Assembly: GCA_965116955.1 (NCBI GenBank)
Contig: OZ220742.1
Location: forward strand, 71,577 to 135,576
Direction of reading: 5' to 3'
DNA length: 64,000 bases
From: Thermoanaerobaculia bacterium
Lineage (GTDB): Bacteria > Acidobacteriota > Thermoanaerobaculia > Multivoradales > Multivoraceae
Below the pieces are notes generated by a model that was given only the letters and a program-made list of their open reading frames with translations, made no database searches and was not told where the DNA came from. The stretch's first letter is position 1. The number at the start of each line of letters is the position of its first letter. Both the position numbers and the translations under genes were made by a program. This document shows, one piece after another, positions 19,314 to 26,985 of this stretch.

Positions 19314-19907
19314 GTGAAGTTCAACGGGCCCAAGGTCAAGCTCTCCCGCAAGCTGGGCATACCACTGACGCCCAAGGCCTCGCGGTACATGGAAAAGAAG
19401 GGCCATCCCCCGGGCATGCATGGCCTCAAGCGGCGCCGCCGCCAGAGCAACTACGGGCGGCAGTTGCTCGAGAAGCAGCGGCTGCGTTACCAGTACAACG
19501 TCAGTGAGCGCCAGCTCCGCAACTACTACAAGCGGGCGACGCGGATGAAGGGCGTGACCGGCGACAATCTGGTCGGTCTGCTCGAGACCCGACTCGACTC
19601 GGTCGTCCATCGGGCCTTCGCGCCCAGCGTGTTTGCCGCGCGTCAGTTCGTCGGCCACGGCCACATCCTGGTCAACGGCCGGCGCGTCAACATTCCGTCC
19701 TACGGAGTGAAGGAAGGCGACGTCGTCGAGGTGCGGGAGAAGAGCCGGAAACTCCGCTGCTTCAACGAGCCGCGCGGCGTGACGGTCCCCACCTACGTGG
19801 AGACGGATGAAACCGGCTATCAGGCGACCCTGCGCAGCACACCGGTTCGGGACGAAGTCCCGATCGTCTGCGAAGTGCCGCTGGTCATCGAGTTCTACTC
19901 CCGCTGA
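19314..19907 (+). CDS. rpsD: 30S ribosomal protein S4
   Basis: GTG start preceded by GGAGA. Highly conserved uS4 sequence (MKFNGPKVKLSRKLGIPLTPKASRYMEKK...S4 domain). Has a ~210-nt 5' leader. Confidence 0.95.
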   Translation: MKFNGPKVKLSRKLGIPLTPKASRYMEKKGHPPGMHGLKRRRRQSNYGRQLLEKQRLRYQYNVSERQLRNYYKRATRMKGVTGDNLVGLLETRLDSVVHRAFAPSVFAARQFVGHGHILVNGRRVNIPSYGVKEGDVVEVREKSRKLRCFNEPRGVTVPTYVETDETGYQATLRSTPVRDEVPIVCEVPLVIEFYSR

Positions 19908-19927
19908 CGGCGAGGAGACGAAGATCG

Positions 19928-20659
19928 ATGCTTCACCTGCGCGCCCACCGCTCAGGCCCTGTCATCGCCGCCTGGGCGCTGGCCGGCGCCATCCTGATCT
20001 CCGGAAGTGCCGCTGCCGCCGAGTTCAGCATCAGCGGCACGGTCACCTACGAGGGCGAACCGCTCAAGCGATTCCCGCTGCGCATGGACGCCGACCCGAA
20101 CTGCGCCGCGATGTACGACGGCAAGCGCGTCCTCTCGCGCGACAGCCTGGTCGGCGACGACGGCGCGGTCGAGAACGTCTTCGTTTATCTCCGGGAGGCG
20201 CCCGAAGGCGCCGCCGCCGACAAGCCCGAGGAGGCCGTCCGGCTGGAGCAGCGGGGCTGCCTCTACACGCCGCGGATCATCGGCGTTCGCGTGGAGCAGG
20301 ACATCGAGATCGTCAACGACGATCCCACTCTCCACAACGTCCGCGCCCTGGCCAAGGCGAACCGCCCCTTCAACATCGGCCAGCCCGCGCGTGGCACGAG
20401 GATCAAGTCCTTCAGGGCGCCCGAGAAGCCGATTCAGGTGAAGTGCGACGTCCATCCCTGGATGTCCGCCTATGTCTTCGTCCTGGAACACTCGTTCCAC
20501 TCCACCACCGGCAGGGACGGCAAGTACCGGATCGACGCGCTTCCCGCCGGCTCCTACGAACTCGTGTTCTGGCACGAGAAGCTCGGCGAACAGATCGTTG
20601 AAGTCGAAGTCACCGCGAACGTCGAGGGTCTGAACCTCACCTTCGAAGGCAGCGAGTAG
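19928..20659 (+). CDS. Secreted protein with cupredoxin-like type-1 copper motif
   Basis: Signal peptide (MLHLRAHRSGPVIAAWALAGAILISGSAAAAE). C-terminal C-x2-H-x2-M (KCDVHPWM) resembling amicyanin/pseudoazurin copper ligands. Function uncertain. Confidence 0.5.
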   Translation: MLHLRAHRSGPVIAAWALAGAILISGSAAAAEFSISGTVTYEGEPLKRFPLRMDADPNCAAMYDGKRVLSRDSLVGDDGAVENVFVYLREAPEGAAADKPEEAVRLEQRGCLYTPRIIGVRVEQDIEIVNDDPTLHNVRALAKANRPFNIGQPARGTRIKSFRAPEKPIQVKCDVHPWMSAYVFVLEHSFHSTTGRDGKYRIDALPAGSYELVFWHEKLGEQIVEVEVTANVEGLNLTFEGSE

Positions 20660-20688
20660 GTGACGCCGACCTTCCACTCCGTAGGTTG

Positions 20689-21093
20689 ATGCCCTACGGC
20701 GTCCGGAAGATCGGAGGCGTCGGTCCCGCAGTTGCCGCCAAGCTGGCGAAGGCCGGAATTCGAACCACGGACGGTCTCCTCGCCGCCTGCCGCGACCGCC
20801 GCGAGCGCCGGCTCCTGTCGGAACGCACCGGACTGCCCGAGCGCCAGATCCAGAGGTTCGTCAACCGGGCCGATCTGATGCGCATTCGCGGCGTCGGCGC
20901 CGACTTCGCGGAACTGCTCGTCGCCTCGGGCGTCCGCACCGTGCGCGAGTTGAGCCGCCGCCGGCCCCTGAACCTCGCGCTCAAGGTGAGCGCCGTGAAC
21001 GCGGAGAAGAAGCTGAGCCGCCGCGCGCCGTCGGCGTCGATGGTGGAACGCTGGATCACGAAGGCGCAGGAGTTGAAGGAGACGGCCCGCTGA
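20689..21093 (+). CDS. DUF4332 (helix-hairpin-helix) domain protein
   Basis: 134-aa ORF. ATG at 20689 (TTG at 20686 in the ORF track). Characteristic KIGGVGPAVAAKLAKAGIRT...IRGVGADFAELLVASGVRTVRELS repeats. Confidence 0.6.
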   Translation: MPYGVRKIGGVGPAVAAKLAKAGIRTTDGLLAACRDRRERRLLSERTGLPERQIQRFVNRADLMRIRGVGADFAELLVASGVRTVRELSRRRPLNLALKVSAVNAEKKLSRRAPSASMVERWITKAQELKETAR

Positions 21094-21106
21094 GGCCGCG
21101 GACACG

Positions 21107-22354
21107 GTGCCTGCCCAGCGACCACTCGGCATCGGTTTCGTCGGCAGCGGCTTCATCGCCCGCTTCCACATCCGTTCCTGGACCGCCGTTCGGGGCGCCG
21201 ATGTACGGGGGGTGTGGAGCCCGAACGGCGAGAGCGCCGAGTCCGCGGCGGCGCTGGCCGCCGAGCTCGATGTCGGAGACGCCCGGGCCTACGAGTCGAT
21301 CGCGGCGATGGTCGCGGACGATGCCATCGACGCGATCTGGATCTGCGGCCGCAACGACCACCGGATCGCCAACATGGAGGAGATCGCCGAAGCGGTCGGC
21401 GGCGGCCGCGGCCGCCTGGTCGGGATCGCCTGCGAGAAGCCGCTAGCCCGCAACGCGGGTGAAGCGCTGCGAATGGTCGAGCTCGCGACCGAGATCGGCG
21501 TCCTCGACGGCTACCTCGAGAACCAGGTGTTCAGTCCCTCAGTCGTCCGCGGCCGCGAGCTGGCCTGGGAGCGCGGCGCCCGCGCAGCCGGCCGCCCGTA
21601 TCTGGCGCGTGCCGCCGAGGAACACTCCGGCCCGCACAACGCCTGGTTCTGGCAGGGCGAACTCCAGGGCGGCGGGGTCCTGAACGACATGATGTGCCAC
21701 TCCGTCGAGGCGGCGCGCTTTCTTCTCACCGAGCCCGGCAAGCCGCGCAGCAGCCTGACCCCGAAGCGCGTTCACGCGCAGATCCACTGCCTCAAGTGGC
21801 AGCGTCCGGAGTACGCCCGCAAGCTGCGCGACCAGTATGGAGACGCAGTCGACTACGCGCGGCGCCCGGCCGAGGACTTCGCCCGGGCGATGGTCGAGTA
21901 CGAGGACGAGAACGGCACACCCCTGGTGGTCGAAGCGACGACGTCGTGGAGCTACGTGGGCGCCGGCCTGCGTCTGTCGATGGAGCTGCTTGGGCCGGAG
22001 TACTCGATGCGGGCGAACAGTCTCGACACGGAACTCGAACTCTTCTTCAGCCGCGATTTGGAGCAGCACACCGGCGAGGATCTGGTCGAGAAGCAGAACG
22101 CCGAGATGGGCCTCATGCCGGTGCTCCCGAACGAGCCGGCCGCCTACGGTTACGACGCCGAGAACCGGCACATGGTGGAGAGCTTCCGGCGTGGCGAACG
22201 CCCGCGCGAGACCTTCGAGGACGGCCTGGAAGTCACCCGGCTGCTGATGGCCGCCTACATGAGCGCCGAACTCGGCCGCGCTGTCGACTACCCGCCGGAA
22301 GGCCTCGACGAGTTCGTGCCCGCCGTCGCCCGCGGCGAGTGGAACCCCGCGTAA
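21107..22354 (+). CDS. Gfo/Idh/MocA family NAD(P)-dependent oxidoreductase
   Basis: GTG start. N-terminal Rossmann GIGFVGSGFIARFH and conserved family core (ACEKPLA...). Confidence 0.75.
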   Translation: MPAQRPLGIGFVGSGFIARFHIRSWTAVRGADVRGVWSPNGESAESAAALAAELDVGDARAYESIAAMVADDAIDAIWICGRNDHRIANMEEIAEAVGGGRGRLVGIACEKPLARNAGEALRMVELATEIGVLDGYLENQVFSPSVVRGRELAWERGARAAGRPYLARAAEEHSGPHNAWFWQGELQGGGVLNDMMCHSVEAARFLLTEPGKPRSSLTPKRVHAQIHCLKWQRPEYARKLRDQYGDAVDYARRPAEDFARAMVEYEDENGTPLVVEATTSWSYVGAGLRLSMELLGPEYSMRANSLDTELELFFSRDLEQHTGEDLVEKQNAEMGLMPVLPNEPAAYGYDAENRHMVESFRRGERPRETFEDGLEVTRLLMAAYMSAELGRAVDYPPEGLDEFVPAVARGEWNPA

Positions 22355-22360
22355 GCGGCC

Positions 22361-23569
22361 CTACTCGTCCACTTCGTAGTAGTCGACGAAGCCGATCATC
22401 ATCTCGTCCGTCGTCTCGCGTCCCCAGGAGACGTCCCGGGCCGGATCGGGGTTCAGCGGATTGTCACTGCTGTTGTCGTAAGTCGCCGTGCAGCGAAGCC
22501 GCGTGCCGGCGGGAAGCAGCCTGGGCTCGGCGAACCGGTAGGTCGTCTGCCAGTTGAAGTCGTAGCCGGTGACCAGGAGCAGCATCTCGGAACGTCCGTC
22601 CGGATACTCCGCCCGGAACTCGAACGTGTCGCCGCGCAGGTGCATGTGCGGCCTGAGCGACAGCAGGCGGGTGGCGCGCGGAAAAGTCAGCTCGGCCTCG
22701 AACCGGACGTCCCGCTCGCCCGCCGGAATCCACAGGAAGGGCGTCGAGCAGAGCCCGGTGAGGGACTCGTGGCGAGGCGGCTCTGCCGCCAGGATCAGGC
22801 CGATCCGGCTCCGGTCCGTCTCCTCCTTTCCAGTCGGCGTGTAGTGCATCTGGAAGTCGAGCACGGCGCCCGCGGGAAGCCGGCGGCCGACCCCGGGCGG
22901 CATGACGAGGGGGCCGGTTCCCGGCGCGTAACCACCGAGATCCCCCGCCGTGCGCGGATCGCCGCCGGGGCTTTCGCGGACCGCGCCGGCGCCCGGGAAC
23001 GCCTGCACGATGATGTGATGAACAACGGCCGGGTTGCCGGGCCGCGTCTCCGCCGCCTGGATCCACACGTCCTCGGCCAGACCCGTTTCCACCCGGTAAC
23101 CGTGGTACGGAACGTCACCGGTCGCCGGCACCGTCACCACTTCCGGCAGCTCGAAGACGAGGTCGGGAACGCCGATGCTCCAGTCGACTCTCCCGGCAGA
23201 TGCGGACCGTTCCGCCGCCATCGCCTCCCGCGACGCAGACCCAGGCTGGCTGCCGCCGTCGATCCACGCCAGCAGCTTCGCCTTCTCGGACGCCGTCAGA
23301 CGCCGGTCGTTCACGAAGTCGCCGTAGCGCGGGTCGGCGTGCCATGGAGGCATCGCTCCCGAGGCCACCGCCCGGCGGATCGAGGACGACCAGGCGCGCG
23401 CCTGCTCGAAGGTCCGCAGCGCGAACGGCGCAGGACCGCCCTCCGTGTGACAACCGGAGCAGCGGCTCCGCAACACCTCCGCTACCGCGTCGAAGTCGAC
23501 CGCGGCCGCCGGCTGGACCAGCGCCGTCAGGCCGAACCAGAGCGCGGCCGCCGCCGGCCCGGCGTTCAG
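22361..23569 (-). CDS. Cytochrome c (CxxCH) fused to copper type II ascorbate-dependent monooxygenase (DBH/PHM)-like domain; start codon uncertain
   Basis: Hydrophobic signal-like segment (PAAAALWFGLTALVQPAAA). Heme-binding CSGCH. Downstream CuH-like HHIIV...FQMHY and CuM-like HMHLRG...M motifs. No in-frame ATG/GTG/TTG between the upstream in-frame stop and the signal-like segment. The only candidate is CTG at 23569-23567, overlapping the PQQ-gene stop (CTGA). The remainder of ORF 22361..24730 overlaps the real PQQ-repeat gene in another frame. Confidence 0.5.
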   Translation of the reverse strand: MNAGPAAAALWFGLTALVQPAAAVDFDAVAEVLRSRCSGCHTEGGPAPFALRTFEQARAWSSSIRRAVASGAMPPWHADPRYGDFVNDRRLTASEKAKLLAWIDGGSQPGSASREAMAAERSASAGRVDWSIGVPDLVFELPEVVTVPATGDVPYHGYRVETGLAEDVWIQAAETRPGNPAVVHHIIVQAFPGAGAVRESPGGDPRTAGDLGGYAPGTGPLVMPPGVGRRLPAGAVLDFQMHYTPTGKEETDRSRIGLILAAEPPRHESLTGLCSTPFLWIPAGERDVRFEAELTFPRATRLLSLRPHMHLRGDTFEFRAEYPDGRSEMLLLVTGYDFNWQTTYRFAEPRLLPAGTRLRCTATYDNSSDNPLNPDPARDVSWGRETTDEMMIGFVDYYEVDE

Positions 23570-24960
23570 GGTCCGCTCGCGCCGCCCGCCTGATTCGTGA
23601 TCCGGTACAGCTTGCTCCGGGTGCGGATGTAGAGGCTGCCGTCGGCGATCGCCGGCGTCGACATGGCCATCTCGTCGAGCGAGTTCTTGCCGACGACCTT
23701 GAACTCGTCGCCGGCCTCGATCACGAACGTGTCGCCGTCCTCGCTGAGCACGAAGACCTTGCCGTTGTAGGCCCAGGGCGACGCCGTGAAGGCGCCCGAC
23801 CCGCGTTCGATCCGCTGCTTGCCGTAGACCTCGGCGCCCGTCTTCGGATCGTGCGCGGTGAAGAAGCCCCGGTCGAGCAGGGTGTAGAAGCGGTCGCGGT
23901 AGATCAGCGGCGTCGGGTTGTAGGCGCCGGCCTGAGGCTGGTACCAGACCACCCAGCGGTTGCTCTGCTGATCCTTCTCCAGCGTGATGTCGCCTTCGGC
24001 GCCCGGCTTGATCGCGTAGACCGGGCGGACCTGGTCGCCGATGTAGCCCGACGACACGTACAGCAGGCCGTACTTCGAGAACGGCTGCGGAATCGCGATG
24101 GACGACATGCCGCCGAAGTGCCACAGGAGGTTTCCCTGCTCGTCGTACGAACGCACCTGGTCGGTACCCGGCGTGATCACCTCCGTGCGAAGTTCGTTCT
24201 CCCACACGAAGGGGGTCGCCCAGTTGCTCCCCTCTTCGCGGGCGTCGCGCCACAGCTCCTCGCCGGTCGCTGCGTCGAGGGCCATCAGGAAGGACTGGTC
24301 CTCGTTGTCGTTCACGACGTAGAGCTGCCCGTTGTGTACGACCGGCGACGCCGCCGTCCCCCAACCGAAGCGCGTCCGGACCACCTCGAAGCGCTGCTCC
24401 CAGACCGGCTCGCCGTCCAGCGTGAAGGCGAAGACGCCGACGTTGCCGAAGTACGCGTAGATCCGCTCGCCGTCCGTGACGGGAGTCTCCGAGGCGTAGG
24501 TGTTCTTCAGGTGGCGCGGGAAGTCCGGCGCCCCGACCAGCACCTCGCGCTCCCAGCACTTCTCGCCGGTCTCCACCTCGAAGCAGACGACCGACCAGTG
24601 GTGCTCGTCGGCGGACGGCTGCATCCGGTTTCCGCCGAGGTAGAGGCCCTTCTTCGGCTCCTCGACCTCTCCCTCGCTCCACACCGTGGTCAGGTACACG
24701 CGGTCGCCCTGCACGATGGGCGAAGACCAACCCAGGCCCGCCACATCGACGACCCAGGCCACGTTCTCCGTCGTGCTCCAGGTCTCCGGCAGGCGCGGGT
24801 CGTCGTCGGCGACGCTCATGGCGTCCGGGCCGCGGAAGGCCGGCCAGTTCTCAGTGGCCGGCGGAGCGGCGAGGACGGCGACGGCGAAAAGGAGGGCGGC
24901 CGTGGCCGCGGTGAACACGAGTCTAGGTGTGCGCATCCGGAATCTCCAGGTGGAGGTCAT
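23566..24960 (-). CDS. PQQ-like beta-propeller repeat protein (BamB/YfgL-like), secreted
   Basis: Start at 24960 forms an ATGA overlap with the ogt stop. An alternative ATG at 24936 has GGAG 7 nt upstream. Signal peptide (MRTPRLVFTAATAALLFAVAVLAAP). Repeated W/G propeller blades (e.g. NVAWVVDVAGLGWSSPIV, GQLYVVNDNEDQSFLMALDAATGEELW). Confidence 0.75.
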   Translation of the reverse strand: MTSTWRFRMRTPRLVFTAATAALLFAVAVLAAPPATENWPAFRGPDAMSVADDDPRLPETWSTTENVAWVVDVAGLGWSSPIVQGDRVYLTTVWSEGEVEEPKKGLYLGGNRMQPSADEHHWSVVCFEVETGEKCWEREVLVGAPDFPRHLKNTYASETPVTDGERIYAYFGNVGVFAFTLDGEPVWEQRFEVVRTRFGWGTAASPVVHNGQLYVVNDNEDQSFLMALDAATGEELWRDAREEGSNWATPFVWENELRTEVITPGTDQVRSYDEQGNLLWHFGGMSSIAIPQPFSKYGLLYVSSGYIGDQVRPVYAIKPGAEGDITLEKDQQSNRWVVWYQPQAGAYNPTPLIYRDRFYTLLDRGFFTAHDPKTGAEVYGKQRIERGSGAFTASPWAYNGKVFVLSEDGDTFVIEAGDEFKVVGKNSLDEMAMSTPAIADGSLYIRTRSKLYRITNQAGGASGP

Positions 24961-25514
24961 TCTGGCTGGGAAACTGCCTGCGAAGTCGCGCGCGAGCTTA
25001 GCACCGGCGAGAGCCGCAGCTGCCTTCCGGCCACGCGCTGTTCCAGGTCCAGCAACGCCTGCTTCGTCGGCAGACCGCCGCCGAAGCCGGTCAGCCGGCC
25101 GTCGCTGCCGATCACTCGATGGCAGGGCACGACGACCGGCAGCGGGTTGCGGCCGTTGGCGGCGCCCACGGCCCTCGAGGCCGTCGGCTTGCCGATTCGC
25201 GCCGCCAGCTCGCCATAGGAGATCGTCTCGCCGAACGGGATGCGCCGCAGTTCGGTCCATACGCGGCGCTGGAACGCGGTGCCGTGGGGAGAAAGCGGCA
25301 GGTCGAAGTCCTGCCGCTCACCGGCGAAGTACTCCTCGAGCTGCCGTTTCGCTTCCGCCAGCGCCGCCGGAAGCACCTCACTCGAAGGCTTCCAGGTCGG
25401 ACTAGGTGGTTCCACCGCCCGATTCGGCAAGTCGATGCAGTCGATGGAGTCCTCTCCACCCACCAGGCGGAGGGTGCCGATTGGCGTGTCGAAGGCGTGG
25501 TAGATCGCAGTCAT
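24957..25514 (-). CDS. ogt: Methylated-DNA--protein-cysteine methyltransferase
   Basis: 185-aa protein with the active-site PCHRV motif and MGMT DNA-binding domain (RVWTELRRIPFGETISYGELA). Confidence 0.9.
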   Translation of the reverse strand: MTAIYHAFDTPIGTLRLVGGEDSIDCIDLPNRAVEPPSPTWKPSSEVLPAALAEAKRQLEEYFAGERQDFDLPLSPHGTAFQRRVWTELRRIPFGETISYGELAARIGKPTASRAVGAANGRNPLPVVVPCHRVIGSDGRLTGFGGGLPTKQALLDLEQRVAGRQLRLSPVLSSRATSQAVSQPE

Positions 25515-25647
25515 CGGCCGGACTCCTTCCTTGCGTAGTGCGCCCCGTCGGGGCTCAGTCTAGCTCTAGCGTGCGGGACCGGGACGAAACGGCTCCACCG
25601 AGGTGGAGGGGTCAGGTACCCGTGGCCGCGGCGGTCTCGTGACGCTA

Positions 25648-25683
25648 TTGAGTAAATCAACTCATTAGAGTAATCTGCCGTAC
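25648..25683 (+). promoter_or_regulatory. Sigma70-like promoter, predicted leaderless, upstream of the AAA-ATPase/NACHT operon, with embedded imperfect palindrome
   Basis: TTGAGT (25648-25653), 17-nt spacer, TAATCT (25671-25676). The ATG of the ATPase gene lies 7 nt downstream, so the transcript would begin at or next to the start codon. Imperfect palindrome TGAGTaaatcaACTCA at 25649-25664. Locally AT-rich in an otherwise 70% GC context. Confidence 0.35.
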
Positions 25684-26985
25684 ATGGCCGAGTACGAACG
25701 CCCTCAGGTCACAGCTCTACGCCAGCGGCTCGCCGAGCCTCCGAGGACGATCACGGTCGTCAGCGGCCCCAGGCAAAGCGGCAAGACGACCCTTGTAACG
25801 CAAGCGCTGCGCGCAGTCGCCGGGCCTCGAATCTACAAGGATATCGACCAAGCCGGAACCGGTGACTGGAGCACGCTTGCCCCCGCAACGCCCCTCGTGG
25901 AGCCGGACGGCATGACCGGCGTGGACCGGGATCGGGGTTGGCTCGTCGACGTCTGGCGCGAGGCCCGGGACGTGGCGGACCGACACGGTAGCTGCGTCCT
26001 GGTCCTGGACGAGATTCAGAACATCGACCGCTGGACCAGCGTCGTCAAGGGGCTCTGGGATGCCGACAGACGGCGCCGGCGCCCCCTCCATGCGGTCATC
26101 CTGGGGTCGGCCCCGCTGGCCATTCAGGCTGGCCTCACCGAGGGCCTGACCGGGCGCTTTGAGCTGATCCGCTGCACCCATTGGTCTCTCGCCGAGATGA
26201 CCGAGGCCTTCGGCGTCGACCTTCCTGGCTACCTCTACTTCGGCGGCTACCCCGGCGCTGCCCACTTGATTCCATCTCTCCCATTGGATCAACCAGGGGA
26301 CGAGTCCCTTTGGCGACGGTACATCCTGGATTCCCTGATCGAGCCGAGTATCACCAAGGATGTGCTGGCAATGACCCGAATCGACAAGCCTGCTCTGCTA
26401 CGACAGCTCGTCGAGACCGGCGCCTCCTACTCGGGCCAGATCGTCGCGCTCGCCAAGCTCCTGGGGCAACTGCAGGACGCCGGCAACACGACGACTCTTG
26501 CACGCTACCTTGAACTCCTTCGGACAGTCGGCCTGTTCGCGGGGCTGTCCAAGTACGACGGGAGCGCGATACGGCGCCGCAAGTCGCCACCCAAGCTCCT
26601 GGCAATGAACACCGCGGTGATGACCGCGAACTCGGACTACGACTTCCGAGCCGCGCGGGAGGACCGGACTTACTGGGGCCGACTCGTCGAGACGGCGGTA
26701 GGCGCCCATCTACTGAACACCGCCCAGTCAGGCATGCATGTCCACTACTGGCGACAGGGCAACGACGAAGTGGACTTCGTCCTCACTTGGTACCAGCGAG
26801 TTGTCGGCATCGAAGTTAAGAGCGGTGCTCAGCACGGGAGAACCCGCGGGATGGCCGCATTCGAGCGCAAGGTGCGACCCGAACGCGTCATCCTTGTGGC
26901 CACGCACGACTCGGGGCCCCACACCATTCCTCTCGTCGAATTCCTCTCCCGGCCTGCCACCGATTGGTTCGAGGACGCCGAATGA
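25684..26985 (+). CDS. AAA+ ATPase (COG1373 / AAA_14 family) with C-terminal DUF4143-like PD-(D/E)xK domain
   Basis: Walker A GPRQSGKTTL and Walker B VLVLDEIQ. C-terminal NDEVDFVL...GIEVKSG (D-x12-E-V-K) matches the restriction-endonuclease-like DUF4143 module. Stop overlaps the next ATG (ATGA). Confidence 0.75.
   Translation: MAEYERPQVTALRQRLAEPPRTITVVSGPRQSGKTTLVTQALRAVAGPRIYKDIDQAGTGDWSTLAPATPLVEPDGMTGVDRDRGWLVDVWREARDVADRHGSCVLVLDEIQNIDRWTSVVKGLWDADRRRRRPLHAVILGSAPLAIQAGLTEGLTGRFELIRCTHWSLAEMTEAFGVDLPGYLYFGGYPGAAHLIPSLPLDQPGDESLWRRYILDSLIEPSITKDVLAMTRIDKPALLRQLVETGASYSGQIVALAKLLGQLQDAGNTTTLARYLELLRTVGLFAGLSKYDGSAIRRRKSPPKLLAMNTAVMTANSDYDFRAAREDRTYWGRLVETAVGAHLLNTAQSGMHVHYWRQGNDEVDFVLTWYQRVVGIEVKSGAQHGRTRGMAAFERKVRPERVILVATHDSGPHTIPLVEFLSRPATDWFEDAE

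Noticed and set aside
22361-24730. Treating 22361..24730 (-) as a single 789-aa gene
   Set aside because: The part above about 23570 overlaps the well-formed PQQ-repeat gene (23566..24960) in a different frame and is Arg/Gly-rich. Only the portion below about 23570 carries real motifs.
23566-24960. PQQ-repeat protein as a quinoprotein dehydrogenase partner of the adjacent cytochrome c gene
   Set aside because: The propeller has BamB/YfgL-like PQQ_2 repeats. It lacks the disulfide Cys-Cys ring and Ca/PQQ-binding residues of PQQ dehydrogenases, so a quinohemoprotein interpretation is not supported from sequence alone.
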